Shown piece by piece: positions 55,874 through 64,000 of a stretch of 64,000 nt of DNA. The DNA lies in the NCBI GenBank assembly GCA_036229005.1, contig JAZAMN010000043.1, positions 74,569 to 138,568 of the forward strand, in the 5' to 3' direction. This DNA is from Myxococcota bacterium (GTDB lineage Bacteria > Myxococcota_A > UBA796 > CAJQPC01). Every line of letters begins with the position of its first letter. Positions within the stretch are counted from its first letter, which is position 1. A program made the translations under genes and the position numbers. The notes beneath the pieces are model-generated. The model saw nothing but the letters and a program-made list of their open reading frames with translations, was not told the origin of the DNA and made no database searches.

Positions 55874-56968
55874 CTATCCCATCTGCGCCCAGTGTCCCGG
55901 CGCGAGCCAGGGGTCGGGCGCGCGCAGGCTCCAGATCGCCGCGTCCGGGGGGCCCATCGGGATGCGGGGCAGCGCCACCAGCACCGTCGCCAAGAGCTGC
56001 TGCAGCAGGCGCCGCTCCAGGTGGGGCAGGTGCGCGCTGGCCGGCAGGTGCGGTCCCGCCTCCAGGCCCAGGGGGAGCTGACAGGGGCCCAGCGTGGGGT
56101 CTCCCAGGATCGCGCGCGCGCGGCCCAGCACCGGCCCGACCAGCGCCAACTGCAGGTCCATCTGCGGGATCGCCGCCCGCAGCGCCGGCCCCAGAGGGTG
56201 GTCCGCCAGGGGATCCGCGCCGCCCTCCCAGGCTTGGACCTGCGCCATCACCTGGGTCTGGAGCTGAGCGGGATCCTGGCCCGTCACATGGGCCAGCCCA
56301 CCCCGCTTGAGCCCGACGTGTACCCACCTCCCAAAGCTCTCGGCATCGGCGAGGTGCGGCGGGGTCTGCTCCAGCTTCCGCGCATGGCGCCCGACCACCA
56401 GCGCGGCGGCCAGCCCCTGCACCCAGAGCTGCCCGGCGGCCTGCGCGATCGCCTGGACGGGGGATTCACCCTGGGGAGCCAGCCCCGCCGCCCGCAGGCG
56501 AGCCAGCAGCGCAGCGGGATCCCGGGGACCCGGGCGGCCCAGGGCGGGCAGGGGGAGCTGGCCACAGGGCGCGGGCCCCACCAGGCCGTGCTGCCGCAAC
56601 AGCAGGCGGCCCGGCAGGGAGGTCAGGGTGTCCGGCACGCGCGAGAGAGCGTCCACGAAGCGCTCGCTGGCGGAGTGGCGGGTGGGCTGGATGCGCTCCA
56701 GCACGCTGCGCTTGGCGGCGCTCCCCACCCGGCGGCGCAGGGAGCCGCTGCCAGAGGGGCGGGGTGGGGGCAGGTGCGCGCCAGCGAGCGCCTGGGAGAG
56801 GCGGGTGGTGTGGCGGAGCAGGTCCACGCGGGCGGCCTCGGCCAGCTCCGCGTCTTCGGTACTCAGGGTGAGCCTGGGGGCCTGGTCCAGCTCAGCGAGC
56901 AGCGCCCCGAGTCCGCGCAGAGTGGCCCCGGAGACGGCGGCCACGAGCTCGGGGCGGGCGGGACGCAT
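55874..56968 (-). CDS. Hypothetical protein
   Basis: Fills the space between co-oriented genes; Leu/Ala-rich helical sequence. Confidence 0.55.
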   Translation of the reverse strand: MRPARPELVAAVSGATLRGLGALLAELDQAPRLTLSTEDAELAEAARVDLLRHTTRLSQALAGAHLPPPRPSGSGSLRRRVGSAAKRSVLERIQPTRHSASERFVDALSRVPDTLTSLPGRLLLRQHGLVGPAPCGQLPLPALGRPGPRDPAALLARLRAAGLAPQGESPVQAIAQAAGQLWVQGLAAALVVGRHARKLEQTPPHLADAESFGRWVHVGLKRGGLAHVTGQDPAQLQTQVMAQVQAWEGGADPLADHPLGPALRAAIPQMDLQLALVGPVLGRARAILGDPTLGPCQLPLGLEAGPHLPASAHLPHLERRLLQQLLATVLVALPRIPMGPPDAAIWSLRAPDPWLAPGHWAQMG

Positions 56969-56974
56969 CCGGGC

Positions 56975-57259
56975 TCAGTCGCACTCCGAGGTCGGCGTGT
57001 TGTCGTCGGCCACCGCGCCGTCGTTGTAGCCCTGCGCGTAGCCCTCCTGGTAGCAGCTCACAAAGGAGCTGGCGGCGTAGGCGTCCGGGTAGTCCAGGAG
57101 CTGGGCGTCGGGCACGTCGTCGTCGTACTCGCAGTCGGAGTGGCCGTCGTTGTAGCCGTTGGTGTACCCCTGGGACTCGCCGTCCGAGCAGGCCGAGTCG
57201 TCCAGGAACCAGCCCTGGACCCAGGAGCAGCCGGTCAGCAGCAGGACAAAGGACAGCAT
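56975..57259 (-). CDS. Small acidic lipoprotein with GY.xG repeats
   Basis: GGAGG RBS; LLLTGC; QGYTNGYNDG and EGYAQGYNDG. Confidence 0.75.
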   Translation of the reverse strand: MLSFVLLLTGCSWVQGWFLDDSACSDGESQGYTNGYNDGHSDCEYDDDVPDAQLLDYPDAYAASSFVSCYQEGYAQGYNDGAVADDNTPTSECD

Positions 57260-57290
57260 CGGAGACCTCCAGTTGGGCGCACTCTATCGC

Positions 57291-58640
57291 CTATGCCGGC
57301 GCGCCGGGCAGCTTTCGCAGCCTGAGGGCCAGCAGCCCGGTGCCCAGCAAGCCTTCAGCAAAGGCGGTCCAGGCGATCGCCCCGAACACCCACTCCGGCG
57401 GCGCCTGCGCGGGGATCAGCCAGAGCAGGATCAGCAGCGCCAGGATGCCCACCCGGCCCATCGCGGCGGACAGCGGGGTCCAGGGCTGCTTGAGGGCCTG
57501 CAGCACCATCGTGGGGGGCATCGAGAGCCCCAGGCCCACGATCATGGGGGCCGACCACCGGAAGTACTGGCTGGCGACCGCGAGCTCCTCGGGCTGGGCG
57601 AACAGCGAGGCGAAGAAGCGGGGGAAGAGCAGGAAGGCCCCGCACATCAGCAGGGTGAACACCAGGCTCCAGCTCAGGGTGGTCCGGGAGGTGGTGCGGA
57701 TGCGGTCGGGCAGCCCGGCGCCCATGTTCTGACCCGACATGGCGGCCGCCGCGCTGGCCAGGGCGACCACCGGCAGGATGGCCTGCTGGAGCACCCGGAA
57801 GCCGCCGCCTGCGGTGGCTGTGTAGACCGCCCCGTGGGGCTTCATGGCCCACAGGCTCATGGCCATCACCACGCTCATGAGCAGGTACTGGGTGCCCGCG
57901 GGGACCCCGCGCACCAAGAGCTGCTGGAAGAAACCCCAGGTGTAGCGGGGCTTTCCGATGGACATCTGGTCAGCGTGTCCTCGGGCGCGGAGCAGCAGCC
58001 CCAGATACCCGGTCAAGGCCACCGACTGGCCCACGACGGTGGCCCACGCAGCCCCGGAGATCCCCATCCCCTCCCACTCCCCGACCCCGAAGATCAGCAG
58101 GGGATCCAGGACCAGGTTGGTGAGCACGGAGGCCACCATCACCAGCATCGGCGTGATGAAGTCCCCGCTGGCGCGCAGGCCGTAGCCCAGGACGATCAGC
58201 AGGAGCTGCAGCACAAAGGTGATGGCGTTGACCTGGAAGTACTCCAGGCCGAGCTGGCCCACGACGGGGTCGTCCGTGAAGGCGTGGACGTAGGCCTCGG
58301 CGCCCAGCTCCGCGAGCCCGAAGGTCAGCAGGCCCAGCCCCACGGCGACGCCCAGGAAGCTGGCGAAGGCGTCTCGGGCCTTGTCGCGCTCCCCCTTGCC
58401 CCACAGGTTGCTCATGTCGGCCATGGCCGTCGTGGAGATCACCTGGGACAGGGACAGGATGATGAAGAAGACCTGGAGGTTGATCGACAGCCCGGCGACG
58501 GCCTGCTCCCCCAGGCGCTTGATCCACATCAGGTCGACCAGCGCGTAGACCGACTGCAGCAGCATGGCGCCGATCACGGGCACCGCCAGCGCGAGCAGGT
58601 GCTTGGGGATCGAGCCGGTGGTGAGGTCGCGCGAGGCCAT
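57291..58640 (-). CDS. MATE family efflux transporter
   Basis: DLT.GSI...L..LA.P; LRASGD..TPM; N.VLDPLLIFG; GAAWAT; GQNMGA. Confidence 0.93.
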   Translation of the reverse strand: MASRDLTTGSIPKHLLALAVPVIGAMLLQSVYALVDLMWIKRLGEQAVAGLSINLQVFFIILSLSQVISTTAMADMSNLWGKGERDKARDAFASFLGVAVGLGLLTFGLAELGAEAYVHAFTDDPVVGQLGLEYFQVNAITFVLQLLLIVLGYGLRASGDFITPMLVMVASVLTNLVLDPLLIFGVGEWEGMGISGAAWATVVGQSVALTGYLGLLLRARGHADQMSIGKPRYTWGFFQQLLVRGVPAGTQYLLMSVVMAMSLWAMKPHGAVYTATAGGGFRVLQQAILPVVALASAAAAMSGQNMGAGLPDRIRTTSRTTLSWSLVFTLLMCGAFLLFPRFFASLFAQPEELAVASQYFRWSAPMIVGLGLSMPPTMVLQALKQPWTPLSAAMGRVGILALLILLWLIPAQAPPEWVFGAIAWTAFAEGLLGTGLLALRLRKLPGAPA

Positions 58641-58684
58641 TGACGCTCAAGCTAAGCCGTCGGCACCCCCCAGGCGCGAGACAC

Positions 58685-59362
58685 TCAGTTGTCGAACTGG
58701 TAGGTCTTGCCCTGGATGTACTCAAAGGGAGCTTCAAGCTCCTTCTTGATGGCGCAGCCGTTCCCGTCGCCCGCGCGGCCGGCCGAGATGGTGTAGACCA
58801 CGCGGTCGTTCAGGGACTTGAAGGCCTCCTCCTCCTCCAGCTCACCGGCGTCGACGGTGCGGTTGTCGTTCAGGGGCTTGAAGGAGATGGGCTCGTCCAG
58901 GCAGTTGGTCTCGTCCTCGCACTTGATGGACCAGTAGAAGTCGTCCAGGCCCTTGGCGTAGTCGATGCGCACCGAGAACAGCGCGATGGGGCCGCCGGTC
59001 CAGTCAAAGAGGGGGTAGTCGCTGGAGCTGTACTCGAAGGTCGCGGCCAGATCCCGCTCCTGGGGGCAGGCGCGGTAGCACTCCTTGGCCTCGTCCTCGC
59101 ACTCCTCTTCGGTGGGGAGGATCAGGGGCTCGGGATCGGCGGTGTCGATCACCACGCCGATGCCGTTGGCCAGGTCCATGCAGGCGTCCTCTTCGTCGTC
59201 GCAGGTGTCCTCGCAGTCCCAGCGCTCGTCGCGGCGCTCCAGCCAGGCGTCCTCCTGGTCCTCCAGGATGGTGTTCACCAGGATGCTCAGGTCCTCGCAT
59301 TCTTCGGGACCGCAGCTTGTGAAGGACTGCCACATCAGGACAAAGAAGTGGAGGTTGATCAT
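58685..59362 (-). CDS. Cys-rich acidic exported hypothetical protein
   Basis: AGGAG RBS; hydrophobic N-terminus; C-x3-C-x6-C repeats. Confidence 0.7.
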   Translation of the reverse strand: MINLHFFVLMWQSFTSCGPEECEDLSILVNTILEDQEDAWLERRDERWDCEDTCDDEEDACMDLANGIGVVIDTADPEPLILPTEEECEDEAKECYRACPQERDLAATFEYSSSDYPLFDWTGGPIALFSVRIDYAKGLDDFYWSIKCEDETNCLDEPISFKPLNDNRTVDAGELEEEEAFKSLNDRVVYTISAGRAGDGNGCAIKKELEAPFEYIQGKTYQFDN

Positions 59363-59448
59363 GAGAAGCCGGCTCCTGCGCGCAGTCTATCCAGACAAAG
59401 GCGCGATCTCATGTAAGAACTGGGCCTCCCTCCCGTTGTCTGGCCGCC

Positions 59449-60933
59449 ATGATGTTCTCCCTGCTGCTCTCCGTCTCCGCTCCCGCCCTCGCTGACAGCG
59501 GGGTCCGCTCGGCCCGCCAGTGGTCCGACGGCCAGGTCTCCGACGTGCTCCAGTGGAGCGCCGAGGTCCAGGACCTCCAGGAGCAGGCCGACGCCCAGCG
59601 CGATCTCGGGGCCTCCCGCTGCCTCGCCCCGCTGGCCGGCGATCTCAAGCGCATGGAGCGTCAGGGCGCGCAGCTCGCCGAGCGCTACGTGGCCGCCACC
59701 CGGGACCAGTCCGGCTACGCCCAGAGCGTCGCCCAGCAGGAGCTCTCCATGCTCCACAGCGAGGCCTACCAGCGCTACAGCGCCGCCTGGAGCTGCGGCA
59801 GCTTCGAGTCCCCGCGCGGGGGGCTGGACCTGGGCGGAATGGGCGTCGGTGGCACCGCCCGCGACCTGTACTGGCGGGCAGAGGACGGCGTCTACCTGGG
59901 CCCCGGCCACCTCAGCGCCGGGCTCTACGCGGAGGGCGGCTGGAGCGACAACCCCCTCCAGCAGAGCGCCGGCAGCGACGCGTCGACCTACTGGGCGCTG
60001 ACCCCGCGCTCCGACCTCACGGCCTCCCTGCCGCGCAGCGTGGTCCTGGACCTGGGCGGTCAGGTGCGCCTGTCCCGCTACCAATCGGCCCCTGAGCGGA
60101 ACGAGGTGGGGACCTGGGAGGGGCACGCCAGCCTGTACCGCTTGGACTACGGGGCGGGCGGAGGCCTCACCGCTGCGTCCGCTCGCGAGGTCAACCGGGT
60201 GACCCCCTGGCCCGACATCGCGGCGCCCTACACCCACGCGGAGCACCGGGCGCTGGCCCACCTCAACCACCTGGGCGGCAACCACTGGGTGGAGCTGCGC
60301 GGCGGCCTGGCCCAGGAGAGCTGGCAGGGCGCTGGCCTGGACCGCCAGCGGCGCAGCGCGCCCGCCACCCTGGACCTGGTCTACGGCGGCGGCACCGAGG
60401 GCTTCATGGTGCGGGGAGCGGGAGAGCGCCTGGCGTGGACCGGCGACGGCGCCCCCATGTCCGAGGGCACCCTGGCCCGGGTCGAGGGCGGCCTGCGCGC
60501 CAGCCGCCTGGAGAGCCACTACGGGGTGGCCTGGGTCCACAACGCCGACACCGGCGCGCTGGAGCGGGGCTGGGTGGGGAGCACCCGCCTGGAGATCCCG
60601 GTGCGCATGGTCACGGTGCAGGGCTTCCACGAGCGGGACTTTGGCGACCACTGGCTCGCGCCCACCGCCATCACCCACAGCGCGGGCGGCAAGGCCTGGC
60701 TCTGGTGGCGGGGCTTCAACCCGCACCTGCACGCGAGCTGGGGCGTCGAGCAGCCCGGCGATCTGCGCATGCGCAGCGTCCAGAGCGAGGCCGGCCTGCG
60801 CTACGCCCCGGTGCAGGGCTTCGCCATCGATCTGAGCGGCGCCTACACGGACCGGGAGCAGGTGGCGGGCGCGGATCTGGGCGCCCTGGACTTTGACGAG
60901 GCGCGGGTGATGCTGACGCTGGAGCTCTTCTGA
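59449..60933 (+). CDS. Outer-membrane beta-barrel with N-terminal C-x57-C helical domain
   Basis: Signal peptide, helical domain, then alternating strands (G...EGGWSDN); ends VMLTLELF. Confidence 0.65.
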   Translation: MMFSLLLSVSAPALADSGVRSARQWSDGQVSDVLQWSAEVQDLQEQADAQRDLGASRCLAPLAGDLKRMERQGAQLAERYVAATRDQSGYAQSVAQQELSMLHSEAYQRYSAAWSCGSFESPRGGLDLGGMGVGGTARDLYWRAEDGVYLGPGHLSAGLYAEGGWSDNPLQQSAGSDASTYWALTPRSDLTASLPRSVVLDLGGQVRLSRYQSAPERNEVGTWEGHASLYRLDYGAGGGLTAASAREVNRVTPWPDIAAPYTHAEHRALAHLNHLGGNHWVELRGGLAQESWQGAGLDRQRRSAPATLDLVYGGGTEGFMVRGAGERLAWTGDGAPMSEGTLARVEGGLRASRLESHYGVAWVHNADTGALERGWVGSTRLEIPVRMVTVQGFHERDFGDHWLAPTAITHSAGGKAWLWWRGFNPHLHASWGVEQPGDLRMRSVQSEAGLRYAPVQGFAIDLSGAYTDREQVAGADLGALDFDEARVMLTLELF

Positions 60934-60946
60934 GCGAGGCCGGCGA

Positions 60947-62470
60947 TCACCAGCTCAGGACCGCCACGTCCGCCAGCACCACGCCGGTCCCCTCCGTCCA
61001 GACCTGAACGGTGACGGCGCCGCCTTCGGACTCGGCCTCCAGGGTGAGCGCCTCCATCCAGGCCACGCCCGCGGCGTGGTCGGTCAGCGTGTAGTCCAGC
61101 GCCCCGGGGGCCAGGGTGCGCTCGGCGAGCACCTGCCCGCCCTGGACCAGCTTGAGGGTCACCAGGTCCGCGTCGCTCTGGCCGGTCAGGTCCAGGAAGA
61201 TGCTCGCGCGGACGGTCAGGCCACGGGTGACCTCGCTTGCGGACGAAGACTCCCACAGCAGGCCCGGTCCATCCGCAGGGGCCGAGCGGCGGGCCCCGGT
61301 GCCGGAGAGCTTCTCGACCTCTTGGGTCCCCTCGACGACCTGACCGAGGGCCCCGGTGCCGGACTCCGCCTCCAGGATCTGGACGCTGCGGCCGCTCAGG
61401 AACTCGGTCATGGCCACGCCGACGAACGCGGAGCTGGGGTCGTGGGCCTGGGTGTGGGTGGCCTTGGCGACTTCGTAGTCGAGCCAGGGGGCGGGGCTGT
61501 GGGCGGCCAACAGGGCGGCGATGTCCTGGTTCTGCACCGCGGGGGCGCCGCCGTCGTTCTCCGACCAGACGTGGAAGACGGGCAGGGCCACGCGGCCATC
61601 GACCAGCGCGCGCTCCAGGCTCATGTCGCGGTAGCTGTCGTAGAAGGCGCTGGGGGTGTCGTCGTCGGCGGCGGCGGTGGGGGGCCCGCCCAGGGTGTGG
61701 TCGCCGCGGGCTTGGCGGATCTCGAGGCCGAATGGGCTGTAGTCCTCCTCCCAGTAGTAGCGGACGAAGTCGCCGGCGCCGCTGTCGAAGGCCAGCCCGG
61801 CGAGCTCCTGTCGGAGGGCGAACGCGGTCGCTCCGGGGGCGCCCAGGCTGGAGCCGAGGGCGTACACGGGCCCGATGGAGAGGCTGTCCCGGCCCCAGCG
61901 CGCGAACCCGACGCTGAGCTCGGCGTGGAGGGCGCCGGCGTGCTCGCTGTCCACGGGGTCGTTGGGGCCTTGGCCGATCCAGCCGTCGCAGAAGGGGTTC
62001 TCGGGGAGGGCGACCACCCAGCCTCGGGCCACAGCGGCGCGCAGGGTGGGGCTGGCGCGGAGGATTCCGTCGATCTGCTCCGAGGCGTGCTCGGTGGTGC
62101 AGCGCCCAAAGTCTCCGGCGGGCTCCTGGTCGTCGATGTCGGTCGAAGACCCGTGGAACACCACCAGCAGCGGCCGGCCCTGTCCGCCACTCTGAGGGGC
62201 CAGCAGGTGAAAGCGAGGTGCGGCGCCGTCGGGCGCGAGCAGGGGCAGCTCGAAGTCGGGGCCGATCTCCCAGATCTCGTGAACGTAGCCCAGCTCGCCC
62301 CAGGACTCGGTGTCCTGGGACTGGAGGGTGATGCCCTGGCGGTAGTCACGGTCGGGCGTGGTCCCGGTGTCGCTGGCGCTGTCCTGGGCGCTGTCCGCTC
62401 CCGTCTCCGGGGAGGTGTCGGGCGGGGTGGGGGAGCGCGTGCAAGCCAGGGCCAGCAGGAGCGGGGTCAT
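60947..62470 (-). CDS. Alpha/beta-hydrolase lipoprotein
   Basis: MTPLLLALAC; PLLVVFHG; nucleophile elbow GSSLG; D and H downstream. Confidence 0.75.
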   Translation of the reverse strand: MTPLLLALACTRSPTPPDTSPETGADSAQDSASDTGTTPDRDYRQGITLQSQDTESWGELGYVHEIWEIGPDFELPLLAPDGAAPRFHLLAPQSGGQGRPLLVVFHGSSTDIDDQEPAGDFGRCTTEHASEQIDGILRASPTLRAAVARGWVVALPENPFCDGWIGQGPNDPVDSEHAGALHAELSVGFARWGRDSLSIGPVYALGSSLGAPGATAFALRQELAGLAFDSGAGDFVRYYWEEDYSPFGLEIRQARGDHTLGGPPTAAADDDTPSAFYDSYRDMSLERALVDGRVALPVFHVWSENDGGAPAVQNQDIAALLAAHSPAPWLDYEVAKATHTQAHDPSSAFVGVAMTEFLSGRSVQILEAESGTGALGQVVEGTQEVEKLSGTGARRSAPADGPGLLWESSSASEVTRGLTVRASIFLDLTGQSDADLVTLKLVQGGQVLAERTLAPGALDYTLTDHAAGVAWMEALTLEAESEGGAVTVQVWTEGTGVVLADVAVLSW

Positions 62471-62566
62471 CGGAGCTCCGGTGAGTCGCTCTCTTAGGGT
62501 GGCGGAGGCACCATTGTGCATGCCGAGCGGGGACTTTCGCGGGCGCGGAGGGGTTAGGGTGGCGGC

Positions 62567-63751
62567 ATGAACACACGCTCCAAGCCCCTCTGGCTCCTGG
62601 CCCTCTCCGCCGCCCTGGTCTCGGGGCTCTCCCTCGCGCAGGAGGGGAGCGCGCCGGCCGAGATGCCCCCTGGCGTGGGCCTGGCCCCCATCGCGATCAA
62701 CGGGCGCCTGGACAAGCTGCCCGCGGAGGCCTCCCAGCGGGAGCAGCTTCGGGCCGCCGGGGCGCTGCTGGGGGACTGGACGGTGAAGCTCGCTGGGGTG
62801 GAGGTCAACGGGCCGGTGCTCACCGCCTGGGCCGACACGGCGCCCGACGAGCCCTTTGAGCGGGTGGTGCGCGAGGCCATGGAGCGGCCCTTGGACCTGG
62901 GCGACCTGATCCTGCTGCTCGACGACGTGCTGGTGGCCGGCGACGCGGGCAGGCGGGGCGAGCCCTTCGACATCGGGGCCGGTCGCATGCGCAGCGTGGG
63001 TGCGCTGATCCACCCGGACGACGTGTTCAAGAACAAGCCGCGGAACTACCCTCGGGGCAAGAAGGAGATCTCGGTGGACACGCCGGCGCCTCCGGCGGTC
63101 TTTGAGCCAGCGCCCGATGGCAGCGTGCTGGGACCCGAGTGGAGCGCCCGCTACCCCAACCCCACCGAGCGCCACGAGCTCATGGAGACCTTGGCCCAGG
63201 CGCGGCCGGACTCGGACTTCGCCGCTCGGATGGAGAGTCTGCTCCGCCAGCTCGAGGCTCAGGGAGCGCAGCACTGGGTGACCAGCACTGTGCGTTCCCG
63301 CCATCGGGGCTACCTGATGTGGGGCGCTTTTGTGATGGCCAAGTGCGACAGCGAGGTCTGTGTGGGCCAGACCGCCGCGATGCTGGACGAGCGGAACAGC
63401 GCCTGGGGGCTGGACACCCAGATCCAGTGGCAGGACCCCGCGGGCTGGGAGGCGACGGTCGAGCAGGCCAGGCGCATGAAGGATGCCTACGACGTGGTGT
63501 ACGCCACCGAGAAGGGCGCCCGCTACAGCAATCACTACGGCGGAACGGCCATCGACGTGGTGGTGGTGGACCTGCCCCGCGCGCTGCACCTGGACGCGCC
63601 GGATGGTGAGAGCGCGGACTTTGATCTGAGCGGGGTGGAGCACGCGCGCGACCTGAGCCTGGAGCCGGCGCTGATCACCTGGATCGAGCAACACTTCGCC
63701 CTCCGCAAGCTCACCTCGGATTACCCCCACTGGGACGATTCCCGGGGGTGA
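62567..63751 (+). CDS. Secreted M15-like (D-Ala-D-Ala/endolysin-type) zinc peptidase
   Basis: Signal peptide; TS..RS; SNH..G.AID; D.PHW. Confidence 0.6.
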   Translation: MNTRSKPLWLLALSAALVSGLSLAQEGSAPAEMPPGVGLAPIAINGRLDKLPAEASQREQLRAAGALLGDWTVKLAGVEVNGPVLTAWADTAPDEPFERVVREAMERPLDLGDLILLLDDVLVAGDAGRRGEPFDIGAGRMRSVGALIHPDDVFKNKPRNYPRGKKEISVDTPAPPAVFEPAPDGSVLGPEWSARYPNPTERHELMETLAQARPDSDFAARMESLLRQLEAQGAQHWVTSTVRSRHRGYLMWGAFVMAKCDSEVCVGQTAAMLDERNSAWGLDTQIQWQDPAGWEATVEQARRMKDAYDVVYATEKGARYSNHYGGTAIDVVVVDLPRALHLDAPDGESADFDLSGVEHARDLSLEPALITWIEQHFALRKLTSDYPHWDDSRG

Positions 63752-63779
63752 GCGGCCCGAGGCCGCTCAGCTCTTTTTT
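63749..63779 (+). terminator. Rho-independent terminator
   Basis: TGAGCGGCC-CGA-GGCCGCTCA stem followed by GCTCTTTTTT. Confidence 0.7.
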
Positions 63780-63820
63780 GTGGGGGGGTATCCCCCACAC
63801 CCCCCGGGGAATCGTCACTC

Positions 63821-64000
63821 TGACCCTCCCCCCAAAGGCTGGACCACCTGGGTAAACCTCAAACACCCAGGAGCCAAAGATGGCGAAGCGACGGCAGTAC
63901 AGCGTCGAGTTCAAGAGAGAGGCCGTGCGCCTCGTGCAGGAAGAGAACCTCTCGTACACCCAGGTGGGGCGGGACCTTGGGGTTGACCGAAGCGTCATCC
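63821..64000 (+). mobile_element. IS3-family insertion sequence, left end (truncated by the window)
   Basis: 5'-TG IRL-like TGACCCTCCCCCCAAAGGCTGGACCA followed by orfA. Confidence 0.85.
63880..64000 (+). CDS. IS3-family transposase OrfA (partial)
   Basis: AGGAG RBS; MAKRRQYSVEFKREAVRLVQEENLSYTQVGRDLGV HTH. Confidence 0.9.
   Translation, partial: MAKRRQYSVEFKREAVRLVQEENLSYTQVGRDLGVDRSVI

Noticed and set aside
1..64000. tRNA, rRNA or known riboswitch (e.g. TPP near thiE, Moco near moeA/moaA)
   Set aside because: None was recognisable by eye and those genes have essentially no leader space. An Infernal/Rfam scan would be decisive.

Overview
GC-rich, gene-dense bacterial chromosome segment. 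The gspC-N operon architecture, MYXO-CTERM-like anchors, DUF2330 and sigma54 promoters suggest a Myxococcota/deltaproteobacterial organism (inference). In order, it contains: (1) a translationally coupled TPR protein / 66-aa peptide / ECF-sigma cassette at the left edge, the best candidate for an undescribed peptide-signalling system; (2) a type II secretion operon gspC-N behind a sigma54 promoter with paired palindromic enhancers, with an unannotated 30-aa membrane ORF between gspG and gspH; (3) pabB/trpE-like, thiE, a degenerate sigma54-activator homologue, mltD and a Moco cluster (moeA, mobA, mrp, moaA); (4) a frameshifted HEAT-repeat gene; (5) three tandem HExxH lipoproteins with conserved N-termini and divergent C-termini; (6) many secreted, lipid-anchored and outer-membrane proteins; (7) two inverted 31-bp-period repeat arrays filling a convergent intergenic region; (8) ccoG, a CoA-transferase, glycosyl/nucleotidyl transferases, a MATE exporter and an M15-like peptidase; (9) the left end of an IS3-family element at the right edge. 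Window-wide patterns include TANNNT-N6-start (leaderless-type) gene starts and very short, uncharged signal peptides. All product calls come from motif recognition by eye; no database searches were run.
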